This document shows, one piece after another, positions 36,748-46,417 of a DNA stretch of 64,000 bases. The first letter of the stretch is position 1, and every line of letters begins with the position of its first letter. Origin of the DNA: Candidatus Acidiferrales bacterium (lineage in GTDB: Bacteria; Acidobacteriota; Terriglobia; Acidiferrales; UBA7541); the NCBI GenBank assembly GCA_035603075.1, contig DATNLC010000032.1, forward strand, positions 27,462 to 91,461, read 5' to 3'. The notes beneath the pieces are model-generated. The model was given only the letters and a program-made list of their open reading frames with translations, had not been told where the DNA came from and did no database searches. Both the position numbers and the translations under genes were made by a program.

Positions 36748-36756
36748 GGCCTCAAT

Positions 36757-36981
36757 ATGGCGATGGAAATTATCTCTCATCCAGCGTCGGGGAATATCGC
36801 GCAGGTCGGCTACGATGCTGACTCTCAGGAATTGATCGTTGTGTTCAAGTGGAAATCCGCGACATACAAATATTCCAACGTGAGCGGTGACGAGGCCAAC
36901 GGGTTCTCGCAAGCCCTGTCCGCCGGTGATTATCTCAACCAGTTCATCGTCCCGCAGCACCCCGGTGAGCGCATCTCGTAA
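36757..36981 (+). CDS. KTSC-domain protein
   Basis: 74 aa. SGNIAQVGYDADSQELIVVFKWKSATYKYSNVSGDEANGFSQALSAGDYLNQFI fits the KTSC pattern (S.I..vgYD...L.v.F..g..Y.Y..V....f..a.S.G.y.n). Confidence 0.65.
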   Translation: MAMEIISHPASGNIAQVGYDADSQELIVVFKWKSATYKYSNVSGDEANGFSQALSAGDYLNQFIVPQHPGERIS

Positions 36982-36993
36982 TCGTCTCCTCGT

Positions 36994-39099
36994 GTGGCCT
37001 TTTGCCGTCGCCGCTCTATCTCCCCCTCTGCTACCCTCGACACGAGCACGACTATATCGCTACTACAATCCCTCATGGCGAGGTTCGATCCCGACATGCG
37101 AGCGTCACGCAAACGCTTTACCCGGCCAAAGAAAATGCAGGCCATTCGCCGCAAGCCAGTCGGCGACGGCACGGCAACCAGTCGTTATATGAACTCCACC
37201 GCTGGGCGTGCGGCCATGAAAGAGGCGTTGGGTGTCCAACGTCACAAACAAGCCAACATCTGCGCGGACTGCGGACGATGGTTGCCGTGGGAGAGCGCAC
37301 GATTTAAGTATCATGAGTGTCCGGATGGAGTCGAGAACGTAGCCACCCACAAAGGTAAATGTCCTGTCGATGCCAATTTGGGGGCGGTGCACGAGGGAGG
37401 ACCAACGCTGTCATCGGTGATCATTCCCGTGATTGTCGCGATTGCGTTGTGTCTGGCCGCTCCCAGTTTTATGCACGCGCAAGGCGGGTCGATTAGCGGA
37501 ATGGTAATCCAGCCGGGTCCACCGAATGGAACTGGCGGTCCTGCTCCGTCTGCTGCCGTCCGCGTGTGCCCCTACATCGGAGGCTCCGGCACTCCATGCT
37601 CACCGACCGCCAATTTATTTCTCGATCCCGGATTGACGATTGCATCACCGAATCCAGCGACATCAGATAGTTTTGGCAATTACAGTTTGTGGGTGTCTCC
37701 CGGTGCGTACTTGGTTCAAGTCGTACCGATTAATGGTTTCCTTTACAGTTATCTGGTCCAAGCTGTCGCTGGCACCGTTACCTCGGTTGGGCTTTCGATG
37801 CCATCCACGGTATTCTCCGTATCTGGCTCCCCGGTCACTGGTTCGGGTATTCTGGCTGTAACCTTTCTACCCCAATCCGCCGGACTCGTATTCGCCTCCC
37901 CAACCAACGCATTCGGGCTGCCTACATTTCGTAACTCCGCACCCGGCGATTTTGGCTCCCAGTCCGCGAACACCGTGCTCGGCAATTGCACTTCGGCCTC
38001 GGCCTCCCCCCTGTTCTGCGCACTCACTGCATCAATGATTCCATCCACGCTAAACTCCACCGCATTCTCCGGCCAAATCTCCGCTCCCTCTCTCGTACTC
38101 AACTCCGGTACCCCGCTTACCACCACCAACCAGTCCGGCACAGGGTCCATCGTTCTCACAAACAGCCCAGTCATCACCACCCCTACCATAGACTCCTGTC
38201 CGCAACTAAGTGGCGTTGGGGCTTGCAGCACGATACAGAACTATTCCATCACCGGAACCGCGCTCAACACCCTCACCAAACTTGCCAATACAGGCGGCGT
38301 TGCGGCGGTCGTCGCAGCTTCCACATCAGATACAGGTGGCGTAATCGGAGTCGTTATCGCAGGTGCCGGGACATCGGGCAGCGCCAGCGTGATCACAAGC
38401 GGAGCCGCTCAGTGTCAATTCGACGGATCAACGACCGGAGGGGACTATATCCAGATCAGTTCGACTCTGGCCGGGTACTGCCACGATACGGGAATCGCGC
38501 CACCCCTGTTTCCTTCCTCCGGGGGGCAGGTGGTAGGGAGATCCGCCGGAACCTTCGGCGGCGCAGGCGTCTATTCGATGCTGTTCGAGCCCGAGGCGCA
38601 GGCGGGTGGCGTTAGGACATTGTGCGCGAGTGGAACGCTTACCACTGTCAACGCCAACACCAATAGCGTGCAGACTATCGAAACGTGCCCGATTCCAGCG
38701 GGCGCACTCAACTCTATCGGTAAAACGTTCCGGGCGACATTCTACCTGCAAGTCGCTCCCAGCGGGACGTCCAACAGCCTCCTGTATTTCAATATGGGCG
38801 GATCACCTACGCTGGCTGGCGGCGGATTATTAGCATTCCAAGGCTCAAGCGCGGTCAGTTGGGAAATCAGTGCGCAGGCGACTTGCACGACGACCGCCAC
38901 AGGCATAAGCGGCGCAATCACCTGCGCGATCACTCCCACGGTCGTTGGGGGGACAGCGTCATATACCATCCTCAATAACGTCTACTCGGGCATTAATCTG
39001 ACGCAACCTCTGTATGCGGGGACGGCGTGTTTGTTTCTGACTGCTAGTTCGTCCAACTCGTGCGCACAATCAATGTTCAGCGTGGAGCAATTGAATTGA
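36994..39099 (+). CDS. tail-fibre-like protein with an in-frame N-terminal basic Cys/His module, an internal TM/signal-like segment, a carboxypeptidase-regulatory-like domain and fibre repeat modules
   Basis: 701-aa ORF. Residues of about 28-130 are basic with CADC...YHEC. Then comes VIIPVIVAIALCLAAPSFMHAQ, then GSISGMVIQPG...SFGNYSLWVSPGAYLVQV, then VTSVGLSMPSTVFSVSGSPVTGSGILAV. The true start is uncertain (36994, 37075 or about 37387-37417). Confidence 0.5.
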   Translation: MAFCRRRSISPSATLDTSTTISLLQSLMARFDPDMRASRKRFTRPKKMQAIRRKPVGDGTATSRYMNSTAGRAAMKEALGVQRHKQANICADCGRWLPWESARFKYHECPDGVENVATHKGKCPVDANLGAVHEGGPTLSSVIIPVIVAIALCLAAPSFMHAQGGSISGMVIQPGPPNGTGGPAPSAAVRVCPYIGGSGTPCSPTANLFLDPGLTIASPNPATSDSFGNYSLWVSPGAYLVQVVPINGFLYSYLVQAVAGTVTSVGLSMPSTVFSVSGSPVTGSGILAVTFLPQSAGLVFASPTNAFGLPTFRNSAPGDFGSQSANTVLGNCTSASASPLFCALTASMIPSTLNSTAFSGQISAPSLVLNSGTPLTTTNQSGTGSIVLTNSPVITTPTIDSCPQLSGVGACSTIQNYSITGTALNTLTKLANTGGVAAVVAASTSDTGGVIGVVIAGAGTSGSASVITSGAAQCQFDGSTTGGDYIQISSTLAGYCHDTGIAPPLFPSSGGQVVGRSAGTFGGAGVYSMLFEPEAQAGGVRTLCASGTLTTVNANTNSVQTIETCPIPAGALNSIGKTFRATFYLQVAPSGTSNSLLYFNMGGSPTLAGGGLLAFQGSSAVSWEISAQATCTTTATGISGAITCAITPTVVGGTASYTILNNVYSGINLTQPLYAGTACLFLTASSSNSCAQSMFSVEQLN

Positions 39100-42000
39100 C
39101 ACGGCGAGCGATACAAAGGTTGGCTATCGTACTGCTCGGGTTGTGCGCGATCGCATCCGCCCAGTTGACCAATGTCGCAGTCACCGCGATGACGCCGACA
39201 TCGGCCACCGTATCATGGACCTCGGTCGCGCCATCATCGACGCAGGTCTATTTCGGACTCAACGGGCATCTGAATTCCTATACGCCGCTCAACCCGGCGC
39301 TGGTCACGTCCCACACCGCCACCCTCACCGGGCTGATCGTGCCATCGCCGGGATCGATCATCTCCTATGCCGCGGTGTCCGTGGATGGATCGGGGAACAA
39401 ACTTACCTCTCCCACGCAACAGTTCGTTCTCTGCTCCTCCGGTCAATCCGGGATGGTACAGACCTCGGGCACGATCAACAACTATTACGAGTACGGCGGG
39501 ATGACATTAACATGGACCAATCAATCCGGCCAGTCCATCACGCCTACTGTCTGCGGCACGCCGATCCCCACCACGATTACCAAATCCCTCGACGGCGGCG
39601 GGTCGTTCTCGGCTCCCGTGCCTGACTCGCTGCAAATTGTCCCCTCACCGTCGCAGTGGACGGCGACTGCAAACTCCGTCGGCGGCATCGGAGTGTTTTC
39701 GATTGCACCCGTCACCATCACGGGGCCATCGTTCAACCTGTCAGCGCCGTTGCAAGTTGGCGCGATCGGCCAGACCATCCACGTCTGGTGGGATGCCGCT
39801 ACCAACACTTTCTACCCTCCGCTTCCCGGCACAGGCTCCGTCACCTCAGTCGGCCTCGGCGTCCCCGGAGGATTCCAGGTCTCAGGCTCCCCAGTCTCCG
39901 GCGCGGGCATTCTCACATGGGGTCTGCCAGTCGGTTGGGGCACGGGATCGTTATTAGTCGGCAACGGTGCCAATTCCGCGACGGTATTACAACCGGGGTC
40001 AAGTGGCACCTGCATCGTGTCTAACGGCACTGGAGTAGCGCCGACATACCAGACATGCGGTACGGGGACGATTACGGGACCAACCACGGGAGGTGGACTG
40101 GTTCTCACGGGATCGACTCTCGGCAACCAGATATGCGGCACAGGTCAGGTACAGTCTTATAACGGCACCGCATGGGTATGCAGTGGCGCGGGAAACGTAT
40201 CCACATCCACGGTGGTGAGCCAGAATATCGTGCAGCCTCCGGGGACGCAATTTTCCGCCAACAACGTAGATGGCATCCGGTATGTGGACCTGAGTCCGGG
40301 AACCTTCAACTGGTCGCAAACCATCTCCGTCGCGCTCACCGCCAACACCCCGGCAACAGTCACGATCACCCCGTGCCCGCTTGGGATATGGGGCACCGAT
40401 ACCACGTCCTATATCAAGCTCTCGAATGGATCGACCACGGAATACGATCCGTTAACGGGGTCGGGAACATGCACGGCAGGAGCAACTTCGGGGACGATTA
40501 AATTCACTCCGCAGAACACCTTTACGGCGACCTCTATCGGATCGGCGACGGCAGGTATTCAGGAAGCCCTGAACGATGCCTCCGGGCAGGCCAGCGCGGG
40601 ATCGCGGCGTGGTAATTACGCGCTGAAATTCCAGCCCACGAATCCCCCAGCGACGACCTACTACCAGATCAACGCGCCGATCACAGTTCCAGTGGGGATC
40701 GCGGATATCGACGCCTCGGGCGCGTCGTTTGACTGCGAATCGACACAAGGCGCGTGCTGGTATTTTACGGCGGGCGAGATACTATTCCACGGAGCGCGGG
40801 TCGGAACCAAAAATCAGATTGTAGCGGCGGCGATTACAGCCACCGCGTGCGCCTCAAATGTTCGTACTTACACCACCACGCTGAATCCTCCGGTTGGATC
40901 CGTCGTGGATGTGCAAGGAACCGATCTGCCGCAATACTGGGGACGGTACCGGGTGGCCACCACTTCCTCAACCTCGTTCACTGCCACTGTGATCCCCACC
41001 GGCGCGGCAGCTACGTGCTCCAATCAATCGACGACAGCGACGCCGGGCGGCGTGGCCATCGACAAGACGTTTATCGAAACCAACGCCGACAACGGGCTAC
41101 ATGTCTCGGACATTTATTACGATCTTCCCGGCTGGGATCCGGGGTATTTGCTGACTTCGCTCATTGTGGTGGATAACGATCAGGATTTCCGGGCGGATAG
41201 AGTTTACACATCCTTCGATGGCTCGTCTCCGAATTCCTGCACCGCGATTTACTGTCCCCAGGTTTTCTACGCGCCGGGCGGTACGGCAGGGAATCCGCTG
41301 GGCAGCATCCACAAGTCCAACTTAAGCGTGAGCGGCGCGGCGAACGGAGTCAAATGGCTGGCGGGTGAAACCATTTCTATCGGGGATGCGACGATCATAC
41401 AGGGCGCTCCGCAGTATTCGGTGATGGCGGGGCAGATGCGCGGCGGCAGCGGCGGCGTGGCTACTTCCGGCCTGTACAACGAAATCGGCGGCGCATTCAA
41501 TCCGCTCTATGTAGCGGCGGGACTGACCACTGCGCAATCGCAGGCGGAAGCGGGCGTCAACGTAGTCGGCGGATTTCTCGATTTGCACACCCAGGTCGGA
41601 GGATTCTCGCCGGGAATTACGGGATCGCTGCCGACCTTCGCCACCGGCGGTTCGACGTTATACCTCTACTCTGCGGTGATCTGCGACGGCACCAATTGCA
41701 CGCTGCCACTACCCTTCGGGCAGGCGGCTCCCGCAAGCAGCGCCTCCTACACCATTGCGTGGCCGCACTACGGATCGCAGACCGGCTCGACCGTCACTTA
41801 CTGGATTTTGAAGACCAGCGGCATTGGCGGAATTTTCAATTTCCCTTTCCCTTATGGGACAGGAAACTGGTCGATTGCGTCTTCGGCCTTTGCCCAATGT
41901 TCCGGGCTGATCTGCACTACCACGGATTCCACATCGACGACGCTGCAACCTTACACCGTGCTGAGTTTTCCGACGCTGATTCCTTATCTTCCGGGCTGGC

Positions 42001-45000
42001 CGGGGTCGGTTGTGTTAGGCAACGGCGCGACGATGTACTCCGATTCGGGGGTTCCCTCAAGCGTAGTGGTGACTTCCAATAACTCTCCGGCAGTCTATGC
42101 AACGCGGCTGGATCAACTGACGCCGGGCGTCTATGCCAGCTCGCTATCGAATACGACGCTGGTGTCCGGGCCGGGGGGAACGACGTTCAGCACTGGCGGC
42201 ACCATGCTGCAAAACGGCGTTAACTCCTCGAACGGGAATGGATCGATGGCTCCGAACCTTAAAGGACGGTTGATCTTCGAGCCGAATTCGAGTTTGACCG
42301 ATCCACTGAACTCGACGCACGTCATCACGATTAACGATTCCAATCCTGCGAAGACACTGGCCGATCCCTCGCATCGTCCAGTCAACGACGTTAACGACGT
42401 ATACATTGGACTGGATCAGGGGGCGGCGGCAACCAACGCTCAGGCAGGGTTGAGTTTCGGCGCACCCATGGCCATCTCTAACTACATCGGCAACGTGGGC
42501 GATGGAGTGAGTTGGGGAGAACGGCTGACCGCCACGTCGAAGACGTTTCAGGTCGCACAAACCAATGTGCTGGGAAAGTTGTACGTCAACGGAATCACCA
42601 TCGGACCGGCGTTTCCGATACAACTTGTGCCACCATCCACCGATCTCTTCACCGGCTCGGGCGGTCTGGGCGGCAATTGGACGATATTCTGCGGAACCTG
42701 GACCAAAGCCAGCGGGCAGGCGACAGCCACGGCCACGTGCAGCAACAGTTACACGGCGGCGGCGTATACGGGTGGCGGAACCGTGGCCGCGAATCAGTTC
42801 AGCAGCGTGAAATTGGCAGCCTTTAACACTCCGGGATCGCTGATGGGGGCGGCGGTGCGGGTTTCGACTTCGGCGGAGACTTACGATGCCTGTCTGGCAT
42901 TAGGCGGAGGGTCGGTGTTGCAGGAAATGGTGGCTGGAACCGGCACCAATATCGGAACCCCCTCCTCGGGGCCGGCAGTGCCGATTGGCGATACGCTGGA
43001 GACGGTCGTTTTAGGCAACCAGTTGACTTGTTACGACAATGGCGTGCCCATCATTACAGGAACGTCCTCGATTTCTTCCGGCTATCCGGGCATCGCGGGC
43101 GGAGACAACGTAGGGTTCGTCTCGAATTTCCAAGGCGGGCCTCTGAATTATGACGTGAATGGAACTCTTATTTTCCCGGCATATGCCTCGGCGGGTTATC
43201 AATGCGCGCACTTCGATCCCACTGGGACCCTTTTACCGACCGGCTCGGATTGCGGATCAGGCGGAGGCGGCGGAGGAGTAACCAGTGTGGCTATGACCGT
43301 TCCGTCATGGTTATCGGTTGCGGGATCGCCAATCGTCACTTCGGGCACTCTGGCGGTGACTGCGGCTACGGGACAGACCGCGCACAAAGTCATCGGTACG
43401 GGAACGGGATCGTCGTTTTCTCCAGTCAGTCTGGTTACGGGGGATCTGCCGTTCACATACTCCGGTAACACCACTGAATTGGGAACCGTAAGTGGCGCGC
43501 TCACCCCCACACACACAATTGTCTCTGATGCCAGCGGCAATCTGATCGATTCTGGAACCACGGGCGGCTCGGGGACGGTTACGTCGGTCGCGATGACGGT
43601 GCCTAGTTGGCTAGCAGTGACAGGAAGCCCAGTGACGGGTGCGGGTACACTTGCGGTCGCAGCCGCAACCGGTCAAACATCCCATAAGGTGATCGGGACC
43701 GGCACTGGAACATCCTTCGGTGTGGTCAGCCTCGGGACTGCCGATCTGCCATTCACGTATAGCGGAAACACAACCGAACTGGCGACTGCCACAGGTACTC
43801 TCACCAACGGTCATTGTGTATCTATCGATGCCAACGGAAACTTTGTAGATTCCGGAGTGCTCGGGTGCAGTGGCAGCGGCGGCGGGGGAGTGACATCGGT
43901 GGGATTGGCTGCGCCGACCGGGTTTGGTATCACGGGTAGTCCCGTCACCACATCAGGAACACTTACGCTTGCTATGCCAAGCGGATGGACCACCGGAGAC
44001 ATGTTGCTGGGTAATGGCTCCAACTCCGTCACCCGCCTCGCTATCGGAGCCAGCGGCACATCTCTTCAATCGAACGGCACCACCGCGTCGTGGCAGACGG
44101 CGGGCACGGTGTCGAGTGTGGCTCAGACTTTTACCGGCGGACTGATATCGGTCGGCGGCTCTCCGATCACCTCTACGGGTACTCTCGCGCTTACAGTCGC
44201 GGGCACATCGGGCGGCATTCCATATTTCTCGTCATCGTCTGCGTGGGCGTCATCGGCAGCCCTGACCGCTAATCTGCCTGTGATCGGCGGCGGCGCTGGC
44301 TCGGCCCCTACCGTGGGATCGGTCACGGGCAATACCACTAAATTCGCGACCAGCACGGGTGCGCTCACCAATGGCCATTGCGTGTCGATTGACGCAAGCG
44401 GCAATTTCGTAGACTCCGGTGTGTCGGGATGCGGCGGCGGCAGCACAGGCAGCATCACCGTCAATAGCGGATCGGCGCTCACGTATCCGGTTAATTTCGC
44501 CAATTCCGCTGCGGTCACCGGGTTGCAGATCGTGTTTACGAATCCATCGGGATCGAATGTCGCGGCGGCGATCAGCGGCGCGCTTACCAATGCTGGGCTA
44601 GTCAATTCCACAGTTACCCTAAATGGACAGTCGATCAGTCTCGGCGCGTCCGGTAACGTCAATGCCGGAAATACCATTCATTCCATCGCGCTGAACGAAG
44701 GCAACGGGAATCAAATCGGCGCGACCGCGACTGGCACATCGGGACAACCATTATTGTCCGGCGGATCGGGAGCCGATCCCGCGTATGGACCGCTCAATAT
44801 CAGCAATTCGTCCAACATCACGGGGCTGGTGCCGACCGCTAATCTGCCGCTGACCGTGATGTATACCAACGTCGCCAACACGATCTCATCCGGGGATAAA
44901 CTGACCGTGACTCCGAGCAGCACCACCTCGGGATTCAATCTCGGATCGGTCACTGTGGACCCGTCGAGTCTGGCTGGCGGCGACATATGGTTCCGGACGG

Positions 45001-46403
45001 ACTTGAATCAGATATCGTACTACGATGGCTCCAATACCCAACTGGTGATGGATCAGAATACACCCGTTTCGCTGGCACAACTCAACAACTCGGTGCCTGC
45101 CGTGGGCATGATCCCGTATGTGAATGTCGGAGCGACTGCGTTGTCGTGGCTGACCGATCCCGCGAACAATTGTTATCTGGCGGCGGGGAGTAGTGGTCCG
45201 TTTTGGGATTCCAATCTTTGTTACAACACGGGCACGGGAACGCTGACTGTCACGGGCGCGGGTGGGATCACGACTGCCGCGCTCCACCTAACGGGGCCAG
45301 CGTACATCACTACGACGATTCCCGGAGGAGCGCCTGCTTTACCGGGAGCAAGCCAGTCCGCATTGGCCGTAAACACCGACGGGCACTTCTATGAATCCGC
45401 CAGCAACGGTGCATTCTCCAGATTTCTGGTTGCCAGTCTGCTCACGGGAAACACTACAAATGTGGTGAGTGGCGCGAGCACAATCGCCACCGCTCCCAAC
45501 AACGATCTGATCTGCGGGGATGGGTCGGGAAACGTAAAGGACTGCGGGTCGGCTTCCGCCATGCTGCCGTTGGCTACCGGACATCTATACGCAGGCGTAT
45601 TCGGAGCCGCAGCGGATGCGGGTACGGATTTTACCCTCAATACCAGTACGCACACATTCGCGGCGGGATCGACGGGTATATTCACTCTGGCTGCCGCCTC
45701 TGCCGCGACTGGATTCAAGGTCCCCACGGCGACTGGTGCCGCGCCGACCGCCGATGGGCAGGTAGCGTTCAACTCCACCACTCACTATCTCGTGTTCGGT
45801 TCCAATGGATCGACCAGAACGGCTGCCAGCGCGGCATCGAGTGTCGCATCGGCTCCGGCTAACGACGTAATCACGGCTGATGGAAGCGGCAACGTTCAGG
45901 ACTCGGGCACTCTCCTATCAAGTCTGGCCCCACTGGCGTCTCCCGCGCTGACGGGTACTCCCACTGCGCCAACTCCGAGCACCGGAGACAATTCCACGAC
46001 AGTTTCTACTACAGCTTTTGTCAAGAATCAGAATTACGCTTTACAGAGCAAAGTGGGGGCGGTATTCCAAGTCACCGCCAGCTCCATCACGGGTATCGTG
46101 GGCGCTGATTTCGCCGGGTCGATGCGAGCCGATCACACACTGACCGTACAAAACATCACGGCGTCGGCGGCAGCTCTGGCGACCTGCACCACAAATCCAA
46201 CGATCACATTCCTGGAATGCGGCACTTCGGCGACATGCGCGAGTCCAACCACCATAGGCACGGTTACAGTCACGGCGGCCAACGCCATCGTCAACGGCAC
46301 AGTCAGCAGCACCACCGTCAACTCCGGCGATTACGTGGTTGGGGAGGTTACCGCCGGAGCGTGCGCTACGTTATCCAATCTGAGCGCGGCAATGGCTTAC
46401 TAG
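39060..46403 (+). CDS. giant tail fibre protein (2447 aa) with a signal-like N-terminus, an FN3-like domain and repeated fibre modules
   Basis: The N-terminus after a possible TTG at 39096 is (M)TRRAIQRLAIVLLGLCAIASAQ. It has an FN3-like stretch (TNVAVTAMTPTSATVSWTSVAPSSTQVYFG), several VTSV..P....V.GSP.T..GTL modules and the fibre motif SPALTGTPTAPTPSTGDNSTTVSTTAFV near the C-terminus. Confidence 0.7.
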   Translation: MRTINVQRGAIELTRRAIQRLAIVLLGLCAIASAQLTNVAVTAMTPTSATVSWTSVAPSSTQVYFGLNGHLNSYTPLNPALVTSHTATLTGLIVPSPGSIISYAAVSVDGSGNKLTSPTQQFVLCSSGQSGMVQTSGTINNYYEYGGMTLTWTNQSGQSITPTVCGTPIPTTITKSLDGGGSFSAPVPDSLQIVPSPSQWTATANSVGGIGVFSIAPVTITGPSFNLSAPLQVGAIGQTIHVWWDAATNTFYPPLPGTGSVTSVGLGVPGGFQVSGSPVSGAGILTWGLPVGWGTGSLLVGNGANSATVLQPGSSGTCIVSNGTGVAPTYQTCGTGTITGPTTGGGLVLTGSTLGNQICGTGQVQSYNGTAWVCSGAGNVSTSTVVSQNIVQPPGTQFSANNVDGIRYVDLSPGTFNWSQTISVALTANTPATVTITPCPLGIWGTDTTSYIKLSNGSTTEYDPLTGSGTCTAGATSGTIKFTPQNTFTATSIGSATAGIQEALNDASGQASAGSRRGNYALKFQPTNPPATTYYQINAPITVPVGIADIDASGASFDCESTQGACWYFTAGEILFHGARVGTKNQIVAAAITATACASNVRTYTTTLNPPVGSVVDVQGTDLPQYWGRYRVATTSSTSFTATVIPTGAAATCSNQSTTATPGGVAIDKTFIETNADNGLHVSDIYYDLPGWDPGYLLTSLIVVDNDQDFRADRVYTSFDGSSPNSCTAIYCPQVFYAPGGTAGNPLGSIHKSNLSVSGAANGVKWLAGETISIGDATIIQGAPQYSVMAGQMRGGSGGVATSGLYNEIGGAFNPLYVAAGLTTAQSQAEAGVNVVGGFLDLHTQVGGFSPGITGSLPTFATGGSTLYLYSAVICDGTNCTLPLPFGQAAPASSASYTIAWPHYGSQTGSTVTYWILKTSGIGGIFNFPFPYGTGNWSIASSAFAQCSGLICTTTDSTSTTLQPYTVLSFPTLIPYLPGWPGSVVLGNGATMYSDSGVPSSVVVTSNNSPAVYATRLDQLTPGVYASSLSNTTLVSGPGGTTFSTGGTMLQNGVNSSNGNGSMAPNLKGRLIFEPNSSLTDPLNSTHVITINDSNPAKTLADPSHRPVNDVNDVYIGLDQGAAATNAQAGLSFGAPMAISNYIGNVGDGVSWGERLTATSKTFQVAQTNVLGKLYVNGITIGPAFPIQLVPPSTDLFTGSGGLGGNWTIFCGTWTKASGQATATATCSNSYTAAAYTGGGTVAANQFSSVKLAAFNTPGSLMGAAVRVSTSAETYDACLALGGGSVLQEMVAGTGTNIGTPSSGPAVPIGDTLETVVLGNQLTCYDNGVPIITGTSSISSGYPGIAGGDNVGFVSNFQGGPLNYDVNGTLIFPAYASAGYQCAHFDPTGTLLPTGSDCGSGGGGGGVTSVAMTVPSWLSVAGSPIVTSGTLAVTAATGQTAHKVIGTGTGSSFSPVSLVTGDLPFTYSGNTTELGTVSGALTPTHTIVSDASGNLIDSGTTGGSGTVTSVAMTVPSWLAVTGSPVTGAGTLAVAAATGQTSHKVIGTGTGTSFGVVSLGTADLPFTYSGNTTELATATGTLTNGHCVSIDANGNFVDSGVLGCSGSGGGGVTSVGLAAPTGFGITGSPVTTSGTLTLAMPSGWTTGDMLLGNGSNSVTRLAIGASGTSLQSNGTTASWQTAGTVSSVAQTFTGGLISVGGSPITSTGTLALTVAGTSGGIPYFSSSSAWASSAALTANLPVIGGGAGSAPTVGSVTGNTTKFATSTGALTNGHCVSIDASGNFVDSGVSGCGGGSTGSITVNSGSALTYPVNFANSAAVTGLQIVFTNPSGSNVAAAISGALTNAGLVNSTVTLNGQSISLGASGNVNAGNTIHSIALNEGNGNQIGATATGTSGQPLLSGGSGADPAYGPLNISNSSNITGLVPTANLPLTVMYTNVANTISSGDKLTVTPSSTTSGFNLGSVTVDPSSLAGGDIWFRTDLNQISYYDGSNTQLVMDQNTPVSLAQLNNSVPAVGMIPYVNVGATALSWLTDPANNCYLAAGSSGPFWDSNLCYNTGTGTLTVTGAGGITTAALHLTGPAYITTTIPGGAPALPGASQSALAVNTDGHFYESASNGAFSRFLVASLLTGNTTNVVSGASTIATAPNNDLICGDGSGNVKDCGSASAMLPLATGHLYAGVFGAAADAGTDFTLNTSTHTFAAGSTGIFTLAAASAATGFKVPTATGAAPTADGQVAFNSTTHYLVFGSNGSTRTAASAASSVASAPANDVITADGSGNVQDSGTLLSSLAPLASPALTGTPTAPTPSTGDNSTTVSTTAFVKNQNYALQSKVGAVFQVTASSITGIVGADFAGSMRADHTLTVQNITASAAALATCTTNPTITFLECGTSATCASPTTIGTVTVTAANAIVNGTVSSTTVNSGDYVVGEVTAGACATLSNLSAAMAY
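43278..43877 (+). repeat. tandem 100-aa coding module duplicated inside the giant fibre gene, conserved at protein level and recoded at DNA level
   Basis: Copy 1 starts at 43278 and copy 2 at 43578 (300-nt period). Both read VTSVAMTVPSWL.V.GSP...GTLAV.AATGQT.HKVIGTGTG.SF..VSL.T.DLPFTYSGNTTEL. More diverged copies lie at about 43890, at about 39838 and in gene 36994-39099. Confidence 0.8.
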
Positions 46404-46417
46404 TACAGTGGATCGTA

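Noticed and set aside
39800-44700. Repeated sequence blocks considered as a CRISPR array or non-coding tandem repeats
   Set aside because: The repeats are 300-nt protein-coding modules within one uninterrupted ORF, with no short identical direct repeats or spacers. No cas genes are present.
46217-46417. Upstream extension of the 2195-aa ORF overlapping the end of the 2447-aa gene
   Set aside because: The extension is Arg/His/Gly-rich nonsense in the alternative frame of the fibre gene. ATG 46418, just after the fibre stop, yields a canonical signal peptide.
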